Below are positions 54,821 to 64,000 of a stretch of DNA of 64,000 nt, in pieces. The position numbers were made by a program, and so were the translations under genes. The notes beneath the pieces are model-generated. The model searched no databases, was not told where the DNA came from, and worked only from the letters and a program-made list of their open reading frames with translations. This DNA is from Myxococcota bacterium (GTDB taxonomy: Bacteria; Myxococcota_A; UBA796; SXON01). The DNA is taken from the NCBI GenBank assembly GCA_040386535.1, contig JAZKFH010000024.1, positions 1 to 64,000 of the forward strand, given 5' to 3'. Position 1 is the first letter of the stretch. Every line of letters starts with the position of its first letter.

Positions 54821-55390
54821 ATGTCCGCCAGCGAGCCCCTCGCGCTGTTCGTCGCGTGCCTGGTGAGCGGCCTGCTGGTGCCGCTCCCGGAGGACGTGGC
54901 GCTGCTCGTGGCGGGCTGGCAGGTCAACGTCAGCGAGCTCTCGCTCTCCGCGGCCCTGCTCGCCGGCTTCGCGGGCACCCTCGGCCGGGACCTGATCGCC
55001 TTCGGCCTCGGCGCGCTCGTCGGGCCGCGGCTCGAGCGCCTCCCCCGCGTCCGCCGCGTGCTCGGCGAGGCGCGGCTGGCCCGCGCCCACGCGCTCTTCG
55101 AGCAGAAGGGCAATCGCATGTTGTTTCTCACACGGTTCGCCGTCGGCCTGCGCGCGCCGCTCTACTTCGTGGGCGGCTCGCTCGCGTTTCCGGTGCGCCG
55201 GTTCCTGCTCCTCGACGCGCTGGGCCTCGTGTTGACCGTGCCGGTCACGCTCTGGCTCGGCCACACCTTCGGCGAGGGCGCCGCCTCCGCGCTCGAAGTC
55301 GCGCTCGCGCACCAGCGCGTAGTGCTCGGGTGCGTCGTCATCGCGGGGTTGTCGTGGTGGCTCGTGCAGCGCGTGCGCGCGCGGGCCTGA
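54821..55390 (+). CDS. DedA/VTT-family membrane protein
   Basis: PLPEDVALLVAG, G...D..AF.LG, RFAVGLR. Confidence 0.9.
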   Translation: MSASEPLALFVACLVSGLLVPLPEDVALLVAGWQVNVSELSLSAALLAGFAGTLGRDLIAFGLGALVGPRLERLPRVRRVLGEARLARAHALFEQKGNRMLFLTRFAVGLRAPLYFVGGSLAFPVRRFLLLDALGLVLTVPVTLWLGHTFGEGAASALEVALAHQRVVLGCVVIAGLSWWLVQRVRARA

Positions 55391-55418
55391 CGCGGCTTCG
55401 AGGGCGGCTTCGAGGGGG

Positions 55419-56045
55419 TCAGCGGCGGCGGCGGCCCACGGCGAACAGCGCCACGAGCCCGCTCGTGAAGAGGCCCGTGGTCCCGACGGAACCCACCGCG
55501 CAGCCCCACATGCCCGGTGGCTTCTTGGCGGGGGAGGGGGGCAGCAGCGTGTCCTCCGTGAGAACCGTGACCGTCGGCGCGAGCCGCACCGCGGGGTCGA
55601 CGATCTCGAGGTTGGCGCGATCGATGGGGCGCAGCCGCCCGTCCGTGTAGTTCTGCATCGGCGCGTACCACGGGAGCTGCGCGAAGACGGCGGCGTGTTC
55701 GGGCGAGGGCGAGGCACGCCCCCGGCGCGCGCGGATGCCGTCCCCCAACAGACGCCGATCGCCGGGCGAGAGCCGGGCGATGTCGTCCGGATCCATGGGG
55801 CCGTCCGCACGTTCGAGCAGCCACAACACCAGGGCGCGCGTGAGGCGGTTGTGCTCCCCGAGTGGATCCTTGTCGATCTCGGCCAGCAACAGATCCTTGC
55901 CGGTGTCGGCCTGCGATACGCACAGGTAGTCCTCCCGCGCGCCGTTCTCCGGGAGTGCCGCCACGCTCGTCGCGGGATCACACGCCGGTGTCGTCGGCGA
56001 TGTCGGCGCGGCCGCCACGGCCAGCCCCACGAGGAGGAGGCTCAT
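55419..56045 (-). CDS. Secreted protein with degenerate YARHG-like segment and MYXO-CTERM-like tail
   Basis: GIRARRGR...VFAQLPWY.P....LRPIDRANL; C-terminal GCAV...GLVALFAVGRRRR. Confidence 0.7.
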   Translation of the reverse strand: MSLLLVGLAVAAAPTSPTTPACDPATSVAALPENGAREDYLCVSQADTGKDLLLAEIDKDPLGEHNRLTRALVLWLLERADGPMDPDDIARLSPGDRRLLGDGIRARRGRASPSPEHAAVFAQLPWYAPMQNYTDGRLRPIDRANLEIVDPAVRLAPTVTVLTEDTLLPPSPAKKPPGMWGCAVGSVGTTGLFTSGLVALFAVGRRRR

Positions 56046-57508
56046 GCCTTCGCCACCGCGGCGGTCCACACGGCGAGCCGCTCGCTCCGCGTCGTCGGGT
56101 CCATGCCGGGGGTGAACCGGCGATCCTCAGCCCAGGCGGCCTGCACGGCGTCCGGCGAGGGCCAGAAGCCGACGCCGAGGCCGGCGAGGTAGGCGGCGCC
56201 CATCGCGGTGGTCTCGAGGTTGGTGGGGCGCACGCAGGGCACTCCGAGCACGTCCGCCTGGAACTGCATGAGCAGATCGTTGCGCGCCGCGCCGCCGTCC
56301 ACCCGGAGCTCGGCTAGCGGCCGCTCCGCGTCCCCCGCCATGGCGATGAGGATGTCGGTGATCTGCAACGCGACGCCCTCGAGCACGGCGCGGGCGATGT
56401 GGGCGCGCGTGGTGCCGCGCGTGAGCCCGGAGAGCACGCCGCGCGCGTCGGGGCGCCAGTGGGGGGCGCCGAGCCCGGCGAGCGCAGGGACGAACACGAC
56501 GCCCGCCGCGTCGGGGACACTGGCGGCGAGCGCCTCGACCTCGGCGCTGGACGAGAAGAACCCGAGGCCGTCCCGCAGCCACTGGACGGCCGCGCCGGCG
56601 ATGAACGCGCTGCCTTCGAGCGCGTAGCTGACCTCGCCGCCGAGCCGCCACGCCACGGTCGTGAGGAGCCCGTTCGCGGAGGCCACGGCGGCCGTGCCGG
56701 TGTTCAGGAGCACGAAGGCGCCGGTGCCGTAGGTGCACTTCGCCATGCCCGGGCCGAAGCAGGCCTGCCCGAAGAGGGCGGACTGTTGATCCCCCGCGAG
56801 CCCGGCCACGGGGATGCCGTCGGGCAGGAAGCCGACGCCGCGGGTCACGCCGAACACGCCCGAATTGTCGACCACGCGCGGCAGGCAGGCCATCGGCACG
56901 CCGAAGAGGGCGCAGAGCTCCTCGTCCCACGCCATGCGGTGGATGTCGAACAGGAGCGTGCGGGAGGCGTTCGACGGGTCGGTGACGTGCTCACCGGTCA
57001 GCTTCCAGGCCACGAAGCTGTCGATCGTGCCGAACAGGAGCGCGCCGCTGGTGGCGGCGTCCCGCACGCCCGGCACGTGCTCCAGCACCCACTCCGCCTT
57101 GGTGGCGGAGAAGTACGGGTCGATGACGAGGCCGGTGCGCGCCCGGATCGTGTCCTCCCACCCCTCGGCGCGCAGGCCCTCGCAGCGGGCGGCGGTGCGG
57201 CGGTCCTGCCAGACGAGCGCGCGATGCGCCGCCCGACCGCTCGTGCCGCTCCAGAACAGGCTGGTCTCCCGCTGGTTCGTGATGCCGATGGCGGCGATGC
57301 GCGCGGGGTCGATGCCGTGGAGCACGTTCGTCACCGCGCGCTCGATCGAGGTCCAGATGTCGCCCGGCTCGTGCTCGACGAGCCCCGGCGCCGGGAAGTG
57401 GTTGAGGAACTCGACGTTCCGCGAGGCCACGATGCGGCTGCCCGCGTCCATGAGGACGGCGGTCGTTCCCGTGGTGCCTTGGTCGATGGCGAGGACGAGG
57501 TCCGACAT
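56042..57508 (-). CDS. glpK: Glycerol kinase
   Basis: AIDQGTT, GITNQRET, WQDRRT, DPYFSATK, GDQQSALFGQ, KCTYGTG, VDGGA..N. Confidence 0.96.
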   Translation of the reverse strand: MSDLVLAIDQGTTGTTAVLMDAGSRIVASRNVEFLNHFPAPGLVEHEPGDIWTSIERAVTNVLHGIDPARIAAIGITNQRETSLFWSGTSGRAAHRALVWQDRRTAARCEGLRAEGWEDTIRARTGLVIDPYFSATKAEWVLEHVPGVRDAATSGALLFGTIDSFVAWKLTGEHVTDPSNASRTLLFDIHRMAWDEELCALFGVPMACLPRVVDNSGVFGVTRGVGFLPDGIPVAGLAGDQQSALFGQACFGPGMAKCTYGTGAFVLLNTGTAAVASANGLLTTVAWRLGGEVSYALEGSAFIAGAAVQWLRDGLGFFSSSAEVEALAASVPDAAGVVFVPALAGLGAPHWRPDARGVLSGLTRGTTRAHIARAVLEGVALQITDILIAMAGDAERPLAELRVDGGAARNDLLMQFQADVLGVPCVRPTNLETTAMGAAYLAGLGVGFWPSPDAVQAAWAEDRRFTPGMDPTTRSERLAVWTAAVAKA

Positions 57509-57603
57509 CTGGTTTTCCCGGAGGGCCGAAGGTATCGAATCGGCCCGGGATTTGCGACCCCCCCTCCCACGGTGCTATCAACCTGTCGATCACGGGGTTC
57601 GCC

Positions 57604-58230
57604 ATGCTGCTCTCTCTCGCCCTCCTCACCGCTTGCGACGGCGATGGGCCGAAATTCCCAGGCACCAAGATGTCGCCCTTCTTTCCGATGGATGGTGCCC
57701 GCCAGGCCGAGTACGTCAACGAGGACCCAACGGGCACGCCCTGGATCCTCATGGTCGAGAAGATCGAGCCCGTCGAGCGGGTGGACGATGAGGACGTCGT
57801 CACGTTCGAGTGGACGCGGGAGGACACCGGCGAGCTCGTCGGCGCGGTGAAGTGGTCGTCCTCGAGCGGGAACGGCATCAAGATCCACGGGTACTCCGAA
57901 GGCACGGGAGACTTCGTCACGTTCGACACGCCCGTGCTCATGACGGACGACGACGATCTGATGCTCCGCGACGAGTCGGTCACGACGGAGACCAACGGCT
58001 ACGTCTTCACCGCCACCTACATCGGCCCCGAGGACTGCCCGGTGAATTGGGGCCTCGAGTGGGAGGACTGTGCCCACATCCGCCTGGACGACGGGGACGG
58101 TGACGACATGACCGGCCCCATCTTCGCGGGCGACTACTGGCTCGTGCAGCGCTACGGCCCCGCGTGGATGCAGCTCACCGGCTACACCGAGAAGTGGAAC
58201 CTCTCCCACTACGACTGGGACGGCGAGTAG
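57604..58230 (+). CDS. Hypothetical acidic lipoprotein
   Basis: MLLSLALLTAC; beta-rich, acidic. Confidence 0.8.
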   Translation: MLLSLALLTACDGDGPKFPGTKMSPFFPMDGARQAEYVNEDPTGTPWILMVEKIEPVERVDDEDVVTFEWTREDTGELVGAVKWSSSSGNGIKIHGYSEGTGDFVTFDTPVLMTDDDDLMLRDESVTTETNGYVFTATYIGPEDCPVNWGLEWEDCAHIRLDDGDGDDMTGPIFAGDYWLVQRYGPAWMQLTGYTEKWNLSHYDWDGE

Positions 58231-58658
58231 TGATCGCCGCGCCGCGCACCGCCCGGCATCCGGGGTGGCTCGCGGCGTTCGGGGCGGCCGCGCTCGGCGG
58301 CTGCGCACGTGAAACCTACGACGTCGCCGATCTGCAGCTCGACGTCGTCGCGCCGCTCCCCGCCGGCGCCGAGGTCATCCGCGTCTGCGTGTCGGACCAC
58401 GGCACCTTGGAGCGCGGCGCCGGCAACGGGCGGGTCCCCTTCCCGGGGCTCCGCGCCGGCGAGGCGGTCGAGGTCTCGCTCGACGTCTACGACGCCGACG
58501 GCCTCCTCCTCGCGTCGGCCGGGCCCGCCCCCCTCGACGGGGAGAGCCCCTACGGCACCACCGCGCTGCTGGCCCCTGGCACCCCCTGCGTCGCGAACGG
58601 CGCGCTCGCCCGTGAGGACGCCGAGTCCTGGCTCCTCGCCTTGAGGTTCGAAGAGTGA
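58230..58658 (+). CDS. Hypothetical lipoprotein
   Basis: Lipobox LGGC; GTG overlaps the upstream stop. Confidence 0.7.
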   Translation: MIAAPRTARHPGWLAAFGAAALGGCARETYDVADLQLDVVAPLPAGAEVIRVCVSDHGTLERGAGNGRVPFPGLRAGEAVEVSLDVYDADGLLLASAGPAPLDGESPYGTTALLAPGTPCVANGALAREDAESWLLALRFEE

Positions 58659-59056
58659 TGCTCCTGCTCGTCCTGTCCGCCTGCACCCCCGCGGACACCC
58701 TGCCCGGCGGCGGCTTCGCCATCGTGGGCGTCTCCCCCGAGGACGGCGCCAGCGATGTTGTCGAGGCGCACATCCCCGAGCTCCGCTTCAACGCGCCCAT
58801 CGACACGGCGCTCTGCACGCTCGACAGCCTGCGCGTGGACGGCGTGAACGCCGACGAGACCGTCGCCTTCGGCGTCGACATCGTGGTGGTCGCGAAGGAC
58901 GAGGGCTACCGGGTGCAGCTCACGCACGCGACGCCGCTGCCCGGCGGCTGGGCCTACCGGATCTCGGCGCGGGCCGGTGACGACACGGGCTGCCAGAGCG
59001 TCGACGGGGATGTCCTGGAGCCGTTCGCGTCCAGCTTCGCCGTGCCTTTGCCCTGA
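58658..59056 (+). CDS. Ig-like (Big_5-type) lipoprotein
   Basis: MLLLVLSAC; VSPEDGASDV, FNAPID, PL..G..Y, SVDG..L. Confidence 0.8.
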   Translation: MLLLVLSACTPADTLPGGGFAIVGVSPEDGASDVVEAHIPELRFNAPIDTALCTLDSLRVDGVNADETVAFGVDIVVVAKDEGYRVQLTHATPLPGGWAYRISARAGDDTGCQSVDGDVLEPFASSFAVPLP

Positions 59057-59103
59057 CGATCAACAGGCCCTGCCGGGTTACCAAGCTCGCGTTCGAGGTC
59101 TCC

Positions 59104-60867
59104 ATGCTCTTGCCGCTCCTGATCCTCGGCTGCCAACCCGACGATCCGAAGGAGTCCACCCCCGAGGACACGGGCTACGTGTTCGTCGACACCGCGCCGG
59201 CGGACACGGGTCGGGACACATCGATCGACACGTCGATCGACACGTCGCTCGAGACGGGGGACACGTCGGTCGAGACGGGCGGCGACACCGCGCACGACAC
59301 GAGCGTGGACACGGGCACGGTGCCCGCATGGCTCACGCTCGACGTGTGGCCGGCCGCCCTCGTCGTGCACCCCGGCGCGATGTGGACGCTCCGCGTGGTC
59401 GGCACCGACCCCGACGGCGCGCGGGGGGACCTCCCGAGCGAGGCCGGCACGCCCACCTTCTCGGTCGACGACGCCGCGATCGCCACGGTAGACACGACGG
59501 GCCTCGTGACCGCCCTCGCCGAAGGCACGACCACCGTGCGCGTCTTCCTGGGCGGCCTCGAAGCCACGTCCGTCATCGAGGTGCGGGCGGACGGCGTCGC
59601 GACCATCACCGTGCTCGACGCGTCCACGGGACTCGGGATTCCCAACGCCCGCGTCGCGTTGCCGTTCACCTCCCCCGTCGACACCGACGCGTCCGGCGTG
59701 GCGCTCCTCCCCGTCACCGACGGCGGCCCCCTCACCTTCTCCGCGTGGGTGGACGACGAGTACGACGCCGTCACCGTCGTGAACGTCGTGGGGCGCGTCC
59801 TCACGGTGTCCGTGGCCCCGAAGGACACGGTGAAGAACGGAGCCACGCTCACCGGCGCGGTCGACTTCTCGGGCGTGGACGACGGCGAGTGGTCCGATGT
59901 CGTGGTCGGCTTCGCCGCCGCGTCGATCCAGGGTTCGCTCGCGTCGACCCGCCTGGAGGACCTCTTCGCGGACGACCGCGCCATCACCGTCTTCGGGGTC
60001 GACGCCGACGCCCCCGCCAACCTGTTCGTCGAGGGCGCCGCCGAGTCCTACGTCGCGGCCGCGTTCGACGGCCCCGTGGCCGTCTGGGGGCTCGGCGGGC
60101 CCATCGCCATCACCGACGCCACGGAGAGCCTGACCGGCTCCGGAGACGCGTTGGGGCTGCTCGCCGACAACCTGGACGCGATGTCGTGGGGCCAGGTCAC
60201 CGGCCTGACCGCCACCACCGGCACCGAGACCACGGCCGACCTCGCCCCGGCCGACCGCTTCGATGACCGGGCGACCGTGTCGCTCCCCCCGCTCTCGCTC
60301 GGCTTCACCGGCACCGAGGAGTACTTCGTGCTCGTCGCCGAGGAGCGCGTGGACGAGGGCTTCGTCGTCACCGGGCTCGGAACGGGCACGCCCGCCGGGT
60401 CGACCGACATCCGGATGGTGCCCGCGGGTACGGTGCGCGACAGCCTCGGGATCAGCGCGCTCGCCTACGCCCAGGTGGGCGGCGTCGGCAGCGGCGGCGC
60501 GACCAGCGTGGCGGTCGCCACGGAGAACGCGGAGGGGAACCTCATCGCCCCGCTGCTCCAGGACATCGCCACGGTCGACAGCTGGGATCCCGCGGCGCGC
60601 ACGTTCGGCTACACGGTCGACTCGGACGCGGGTTTCGTGCGCATCCGCCTGCGCGACGAGCGGAACCGCATTCACGACATCTTCGCGCCGTCGTCCTGGA
60701 GCGGGACGATCCCCAATTGTGTGTCTACCTTCCGGCTCCCCAGCGCCAGCATCGAGGTGCTCGCGCTGGAGACCACCGGCGGGAGCTACGAGGCGTGGCT
60801 CGCGGCGGGAGCCCTCGAGGTCGACGACAAGCCGACCGTCACCGCCGCCCGCACGACCCAGGAGTGA
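59104..60867 (+). CDS. Lipoprotein with DT-rich linker, Big_2 Ig-like and carboxypeptidase-regulatory-like domains
   Basis: MLLPLLILGC; IATVDTTGLVTALAEGTT; VLDASTG..IPNARV...TDASG. Confidence 0.82.
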   Translation: MLLPLLILGCQPDDPKESTPEDTGYVFVDTAPADTGRDTSIDTSIDTSLETGDTSVETGGDTAHDTSVDTGTVPAWLTLDVWPAALVVHPGAMWTLRVVGTDPDGARGDLPSEAGTPTFSVDDAAIATVDTTGLVTALAEGTTTVRVFLGGLEATSVIEVRADGVATITVLDASTGLGIPNARVALPFTSPVDTDASGVALLPVTDGGPLTFSAWVDDEYDAVTVVNVVGRVLTVSVAPKDTVKNGATLTGAVDFSGVDDGEWSDVVVGFAAASIQGSLASTRLEDLFADDRAITVFGVDADAPANLFVEGAAESYVAAAFDGPVAVWGLGGPIAITDATESLTGSGDALGLLADNLDAMSWGQVTGLTATTGTETTADLAPADRFDDRATVSLPPLSLGFTGTEEYFVLVAEERVDEGFVVTGLGTGTPAGSTDIRMVPAGTVRDSLGISALAYAQVGGVGSGGATSVAVATENAEGNLIAPLLQDIATVDSWDPAARTFGYTVDSDAGFVRIRLRDERNRIHDIFAPSSWSGTIPNCVSTFRLPSASIEVLALETTGGSYEAWLAAGALEVDDKPTVTAARTTQE

Positions 60868-60869
60868 CC

Positions 60870-63032
60870 ATGCTCGACCCCGCGCGCCTCGACCTCGCAA
60901 AGGCCGCCTTCGAGGCCCTCCCCGTCCGCCCCGAGGTGCGCGCGGCCGCCCTCGCCAACCTGCGCCGGTGGCTGGAGAACGACGAGTTCGCCCCCTACCT
61001 GCCGCAGATCGGCTCGCTCGAGGCGCGCGGCCGCTGGGATCTCCTGCTCGACTCCTTCTACCAGGTGCTCCCCTTCGGCACCGGCGGGCGCCGCGGCCCC
61101 GTCGGCATCGGGCCCAACCGCTACAACCCTTGGACCCTCGGCGCCAGCGTGCAGGGGCACGTGGGGTTCCTGCGGGAAGTGCTCGGCGATCGGCAGCTCC
61201 ACGTGGTGATCGCGTACGACGTGCGCTGCTACCGCGACGCGAACGGTGTGTACGACCCCGCGCTCCCCAACCCCTGCCTGGGCCTGAGCTCGCGGGACTT
61301 CGCGGAGATCGCCGCCGGCGTGTACGCGCGGAACGGCGTGGCGACCACGCTCCTCGCGCCCGGCAGCACCACCTACGTGTCCACACCCGAGCTCTCCTTC
61401 GCGATCCGGCACCTGAAGGCGGACGGCGGCCTGAACGTGTCCGCCTCGCACAACCCGCCGGACGACAACGGCGGCAAGTTCTACAACGCGCGCGGCGGCC
61501 AGGAGGTGCCCCCGAACGACGAGCGCATGGCCGGCCACGTCGACCGGGTCGAGCGCGTGCTCGGCATGCCCTTCGCCGAGGCTCGGGCCGCCGGGCTCGT
61601 GCACGACTACGCGCCCGCCATCCACGACGCGTACGTGGCCGTGAACGTCGCCACCTCCCTGCGGCCCGACGCGCGCAGCACCAAGGTCGTCTTCACCGGC
61701 CTGCACGGCACCGGCGACACCACCGTGGTCGACGTGTTGCGGAGCGCGGGCTTCAACGTCGAGCTCGAGCCCACCCAGGCCCCGCACGACGGCGCGTTCC
61801 CCGAGGTGCCCTTCCGCACGCCCAACCCCGAGGTCCGCCAGAGCATGGACCGCGCGGTCAAGCTCGCGACCGAGCACGGCGCGGATCTCGTCATGGCGTG
61901 TGACCCCGACGCCGACCGCATCGGCCTGTGCGCGCGCACGAGCTCGGCCGAGGGCGCGCCCTTCCGCTTCTTCACCGGCAACGAGATCGCCGTGCTCGTC
62001 GCCGAGTACCGCCTCACCCAGGTGCGCTGGTCGAACCCCATCGTCATGCAGACCGAGGTGACCACCGATCTCGTCCGTCGCGTCGCCGTGCGCCACGGTG
62101 CGCAGGTGGTGACCGATCTGATGGTGGGCTTCAAGTACATCGGCGACGGCCTCGGGCAGCTCGAGGACACCGGGCGGTTCAACTCCGTCACCGGGCGCCC
62201 GGAGGATCTGGTGGTCGGCGTCGAGGAGTCGCACGGCGTGCTCGTGACCTCCGCGATCCGCGACAAGGACGCCGCCGGCGCCGCGCTCGCCCTGGCCGAG
62301 TACGCGAGCCTCCTCGGCCGCGACGGGCGGACCCTGACCGACGCCCTGGAGACCATCTGGGCGCGCGAGGGCTACGTGCACAACGAGCTCGTGAGCACGG
62401 TGATGCGCGGCGCGGCCGGCAAGGCCCGCATCGACCGCATCCAGGCCGCCATGCGCGAGAACCCGCCGACCGAGATCGGCAAGTGGCGCGTGGTCGAGGT
62501 GCTCGATCGCGCCGATCCCAAGGGCCCCCTCGGCCCCATCAAGTCCGGCACGGACGCCGCCAGCCGCGACGTGCTCGTGTTCCGCCTCGCCGAGGGCGGC
62601 GCGACCGAGCCCACCGCGCGTCTGCTCCTCCGCCCGTCGGGCACCGAGCCCAAGAACAAGATCTACGTCGAGGTCGTGGGCCGCCCCGGCGTGCCCTCCG
62701 CCACGGAGATCCGGCGCGTGTCGGCCGAAGCCAAGGAGCTCGCCCTGGCCTTCGCGCACGCCATGCTCGGGCGCGTCGAGATCGAGCTGCCGCTGTGGGC
62801 CCTGCGCGTGAGCGATCTGGTCGCCATCGAGTTCAAGCAGCACCTCGCCGGGGTGCTCCTCCCCGAGGTGCGCCGCCGCATCGCCGCCGGCGCCCCGCTC
62901 GAAAGCGTGGTGGACGAGGGGCTGCGCCCCTACGGCAAGGACCCCCGCGGGCTCGTGGCCGAGGCGGTGCGCGCCTGGGCCGCGGAGAACGGGGACGAAG
63001 GCGCGAAGGTGCGCGAGGCGTTCGGGGCCTGA
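60870..63032 (+). CDS. Phospho-sugar mutase (phosphoglucomutase/phosphomannomutase)
   Basis: FGTGG.RG, SASHNP phosphoserine, DPDADR metal loop, GFKYIG, EESHG, RPSGTEPK.K.Y. Confidence 0.93.
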   Translation: MLDPARLDLAKAAFEALPVRPEVRAAALANLRRWLENDEFAPYLPQIGSLEARGRWDLLLDSFYQVLPFGTGGRRGPVGIGPNRYNPWTLGASVQGHVGFLREVLGDRQLHVVIAYDVRCYRDANGVYDPALPNPCLGLSSRDFAEIAAGVYARNGVATTLLAPGSTTYVSTPELSFAIRHLKADGGLNVSASHNPPDDNGGKFYNARGGQEVPPNDERMAGHVDRVERVLGMPFAEARAAGLVHDYAPAIHDAYVAVNVATSLRPDARSTKVVFTGLHGTGDTTVVDVLRSAGFNVELEPTQAPHDGAFPEVPFRTPNPEVRQSMDRAVKLATEHGADLVMACDPDADRIGLCARTSSAEGAPFRFFTGNEIAVLVAEYRLTQVRWSNPIVMQTEVTTDLVRRVAVRHGAQVVTDLMVGFKYIGDGLGQLEDTGRFNSVTGRPEDLVVGVEESHGVLVTSAIRDKDAAGAALALAEYASLLGRDGRTLTDALETIWAREGYVHNELVSTVMRGAAGKARIDRIQAAMRENPPTEIGKWRVVEVLDRADPKGPLGPIKSGTDAASRDVLVFRLAEGGATEPTARLLLRPSGTEPKNKIYVEVVGRPGVPSATEIRRVSAEAKELALAFAHAMLGRVEIELPLWALRVSDLVAIEFKQHLAGVLLPEVRRRIAAGAPLESVVDEGLRPYGKDPRGLVAEAVRAWAAENGDEGAKVREAFGA

Positions 63033-63035
63033 TCG

Positions 63036-63668
63036 CTACGCGATCTCGATTCCCGCGTCGCGGAGCGCGGTCAGGAGGCCCTCGGGCGTCGTGACCAGGC
63101 GATCGGCGCCGACGGGGAGCGCGATGCCCCAAGCGACGCCGATCATCGGCATCCGGGCGGCGCGCGCCGCGCCCACGTCGGCCGGGCCGTCCCCGACCAT
63201 CACGCCGGCGTCGGACCCGAGCCGCCGGAGCGCCTCCAGGAGCGGGGCGGGATCGGGCTTCCGGACGCTCAACGTGTCGCCGCCGATCACGATGGGGAAG
63301 TAGCGCGCGAGGTCGAGCCGGTCGGCGATCACCCGCGAGAACGCCTCGGGCTTGTTCGTCACGATCGCCATCGGCGCGCGCACCGCGGCGAGCACGGCGC
63401 GGAGCCCGTGGTACACGCGCGTCTGCACGACCAGCGCGGCGCCGTACTCCTCCAGGAACACCGCGAGGTCGCGCTCCGCGGGGGTGCTCCCGGCGGCCTC
63501 CACGCAGCGGTCGACCAGCTTGCGCGCGCCGTCCCCGATGAAGCCGCGCACGACCGCCTCGCCGAGCGGAGCGCGCCCCGTGCGCACGAGCGTGCGGTCC
63601 ACGGCGGCGGCGATGTCCCCGGCGCTGTCGACCAGGGTGCCGTCCAGATCCCACAGGACGGCCCTCAT
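63036..63668 (-). CDS. gph: Phosphoglycolate phosphatase (HAD)
   Basis: DLDGTLVDS, IGDGA, VTNKP, KPDPAP, MVGD..D. Confidence 0.88.
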   Translation of the reverse strand: MRAVLWDLDGTLVDSAGDIAAAVDRTLVRTGRAPLGEAVVRGFIGDGARKLVDRCVEAAGSTPAERDLAVFLEEYGAALVVQTRVYHGLRAVLAAVRAPMAIVTNKPEAFSRVIADRLDLARYFPIVIGGDTLSVRKPDPAPLLEALRRLGSDAGVMVGDGPADVGAARAARMPMIGVAWGIALPVGADRLVTTPEGLLTALRDAGIEIA

Positions 63669-64000
63669 GGCGCGCCCGCCGGCGCCGGGGCCGTGACCTC
63701 GACCGCGCCCGCCGACGCGCCCAGGACGGCCCCAGGAGCGCCCGGAACGACCACGAGCGGCTGCGGGACGAACGCGGGGAGCGCCCCCTCGGCGAGCGGG
63801 TACGGATCGGGCAGCGTGGGCGTCGTCAGCGCGGAGATGCGCGGCCCCTGCTCGCGCGGCATGAGCACGGTGATCCCGAGCGCCGGCCAGTTGACGTAGT
63901 CGCGCAGGTGGGCAGCGTACCAGCCGAGCCGATCGTCGCGCACGGTCTGCCGGCCCATGCGCGTCGCGTGGCGCATCCGCAGCTCCGCGCCGGGCGGGCT
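63665..64000 (-). CDS. C-terminal part of a hypothetical protein (runs off the window)
   Basis: Frame open from 64000; stop overlaps the gph ATG. Confidence 0.6.
   Translation of the reverse strand, partial: SPPGAELRMRHATRMGRQTVRDDRLGWYAAHLRDYVNWPALGITVLMPREQGPRISALTTPTLPDPYPLAEGALPAFVPQPLVVVPGAPGAVLGASAGAVEVTAPAPAGAP

Noticed and set aside
55392..55416. Short direct repeat GCGGCTTCGAGGG x2 between convergent genes
   Set aside because: Too short, and seen only once, to interpret.

Overview
Very GC-rich, densely coding bacterial chromosome segment with about 65 genes. It is probably from a Myxococcota/deltaproteobacterial lineage, inferred from an AglRQS-type TolQ/TolR/TolR triad, a MYXO-CTERM-like sorting signal and many Asp/Cys-rich lipoproteins. 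Housekeeping-type genes (pip, aat, hrpB, rsmI, gluQ, rsgA, sucB, glpK, a phosphomannomutase/phosphoglucomutase, gph) are interleaved with many secreted or lipoprotein genes. I saw no rRNA, tRNA, CRISPR array, transposase or prophage. The most notable items are absent from or not explained by the ORF track: (1) a SelW/Rdx selenoprotein with an in-frame UGA (CxxU) and a SECIS-like hairpin; (2) an XRE-HTH/SspB-like fusion ending in a ClpX-docking-like tail (FLRIVK); (3) a 55-aa SAAA-repeat ORF directly upstream of a methyltransferase with PqqD/RRE-like N-terminal domains; (4) two arrays of CAGGAA-based REP/REPIN-like inverted repeats; (5) recurrent ultra-short lipoprotein signal peptides with no charged n-region; (6) a TPR-membrane protein + TPR-AAA ATPase + 22-aa beta-repeat protein module; (7) a coupled VKOR-DsbA / OmpA-like / TlpA operon; (8) a structured 5' leader ahead of the aglR-like gene. 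All family assignments come from motifs read by eye; no database searches were run.
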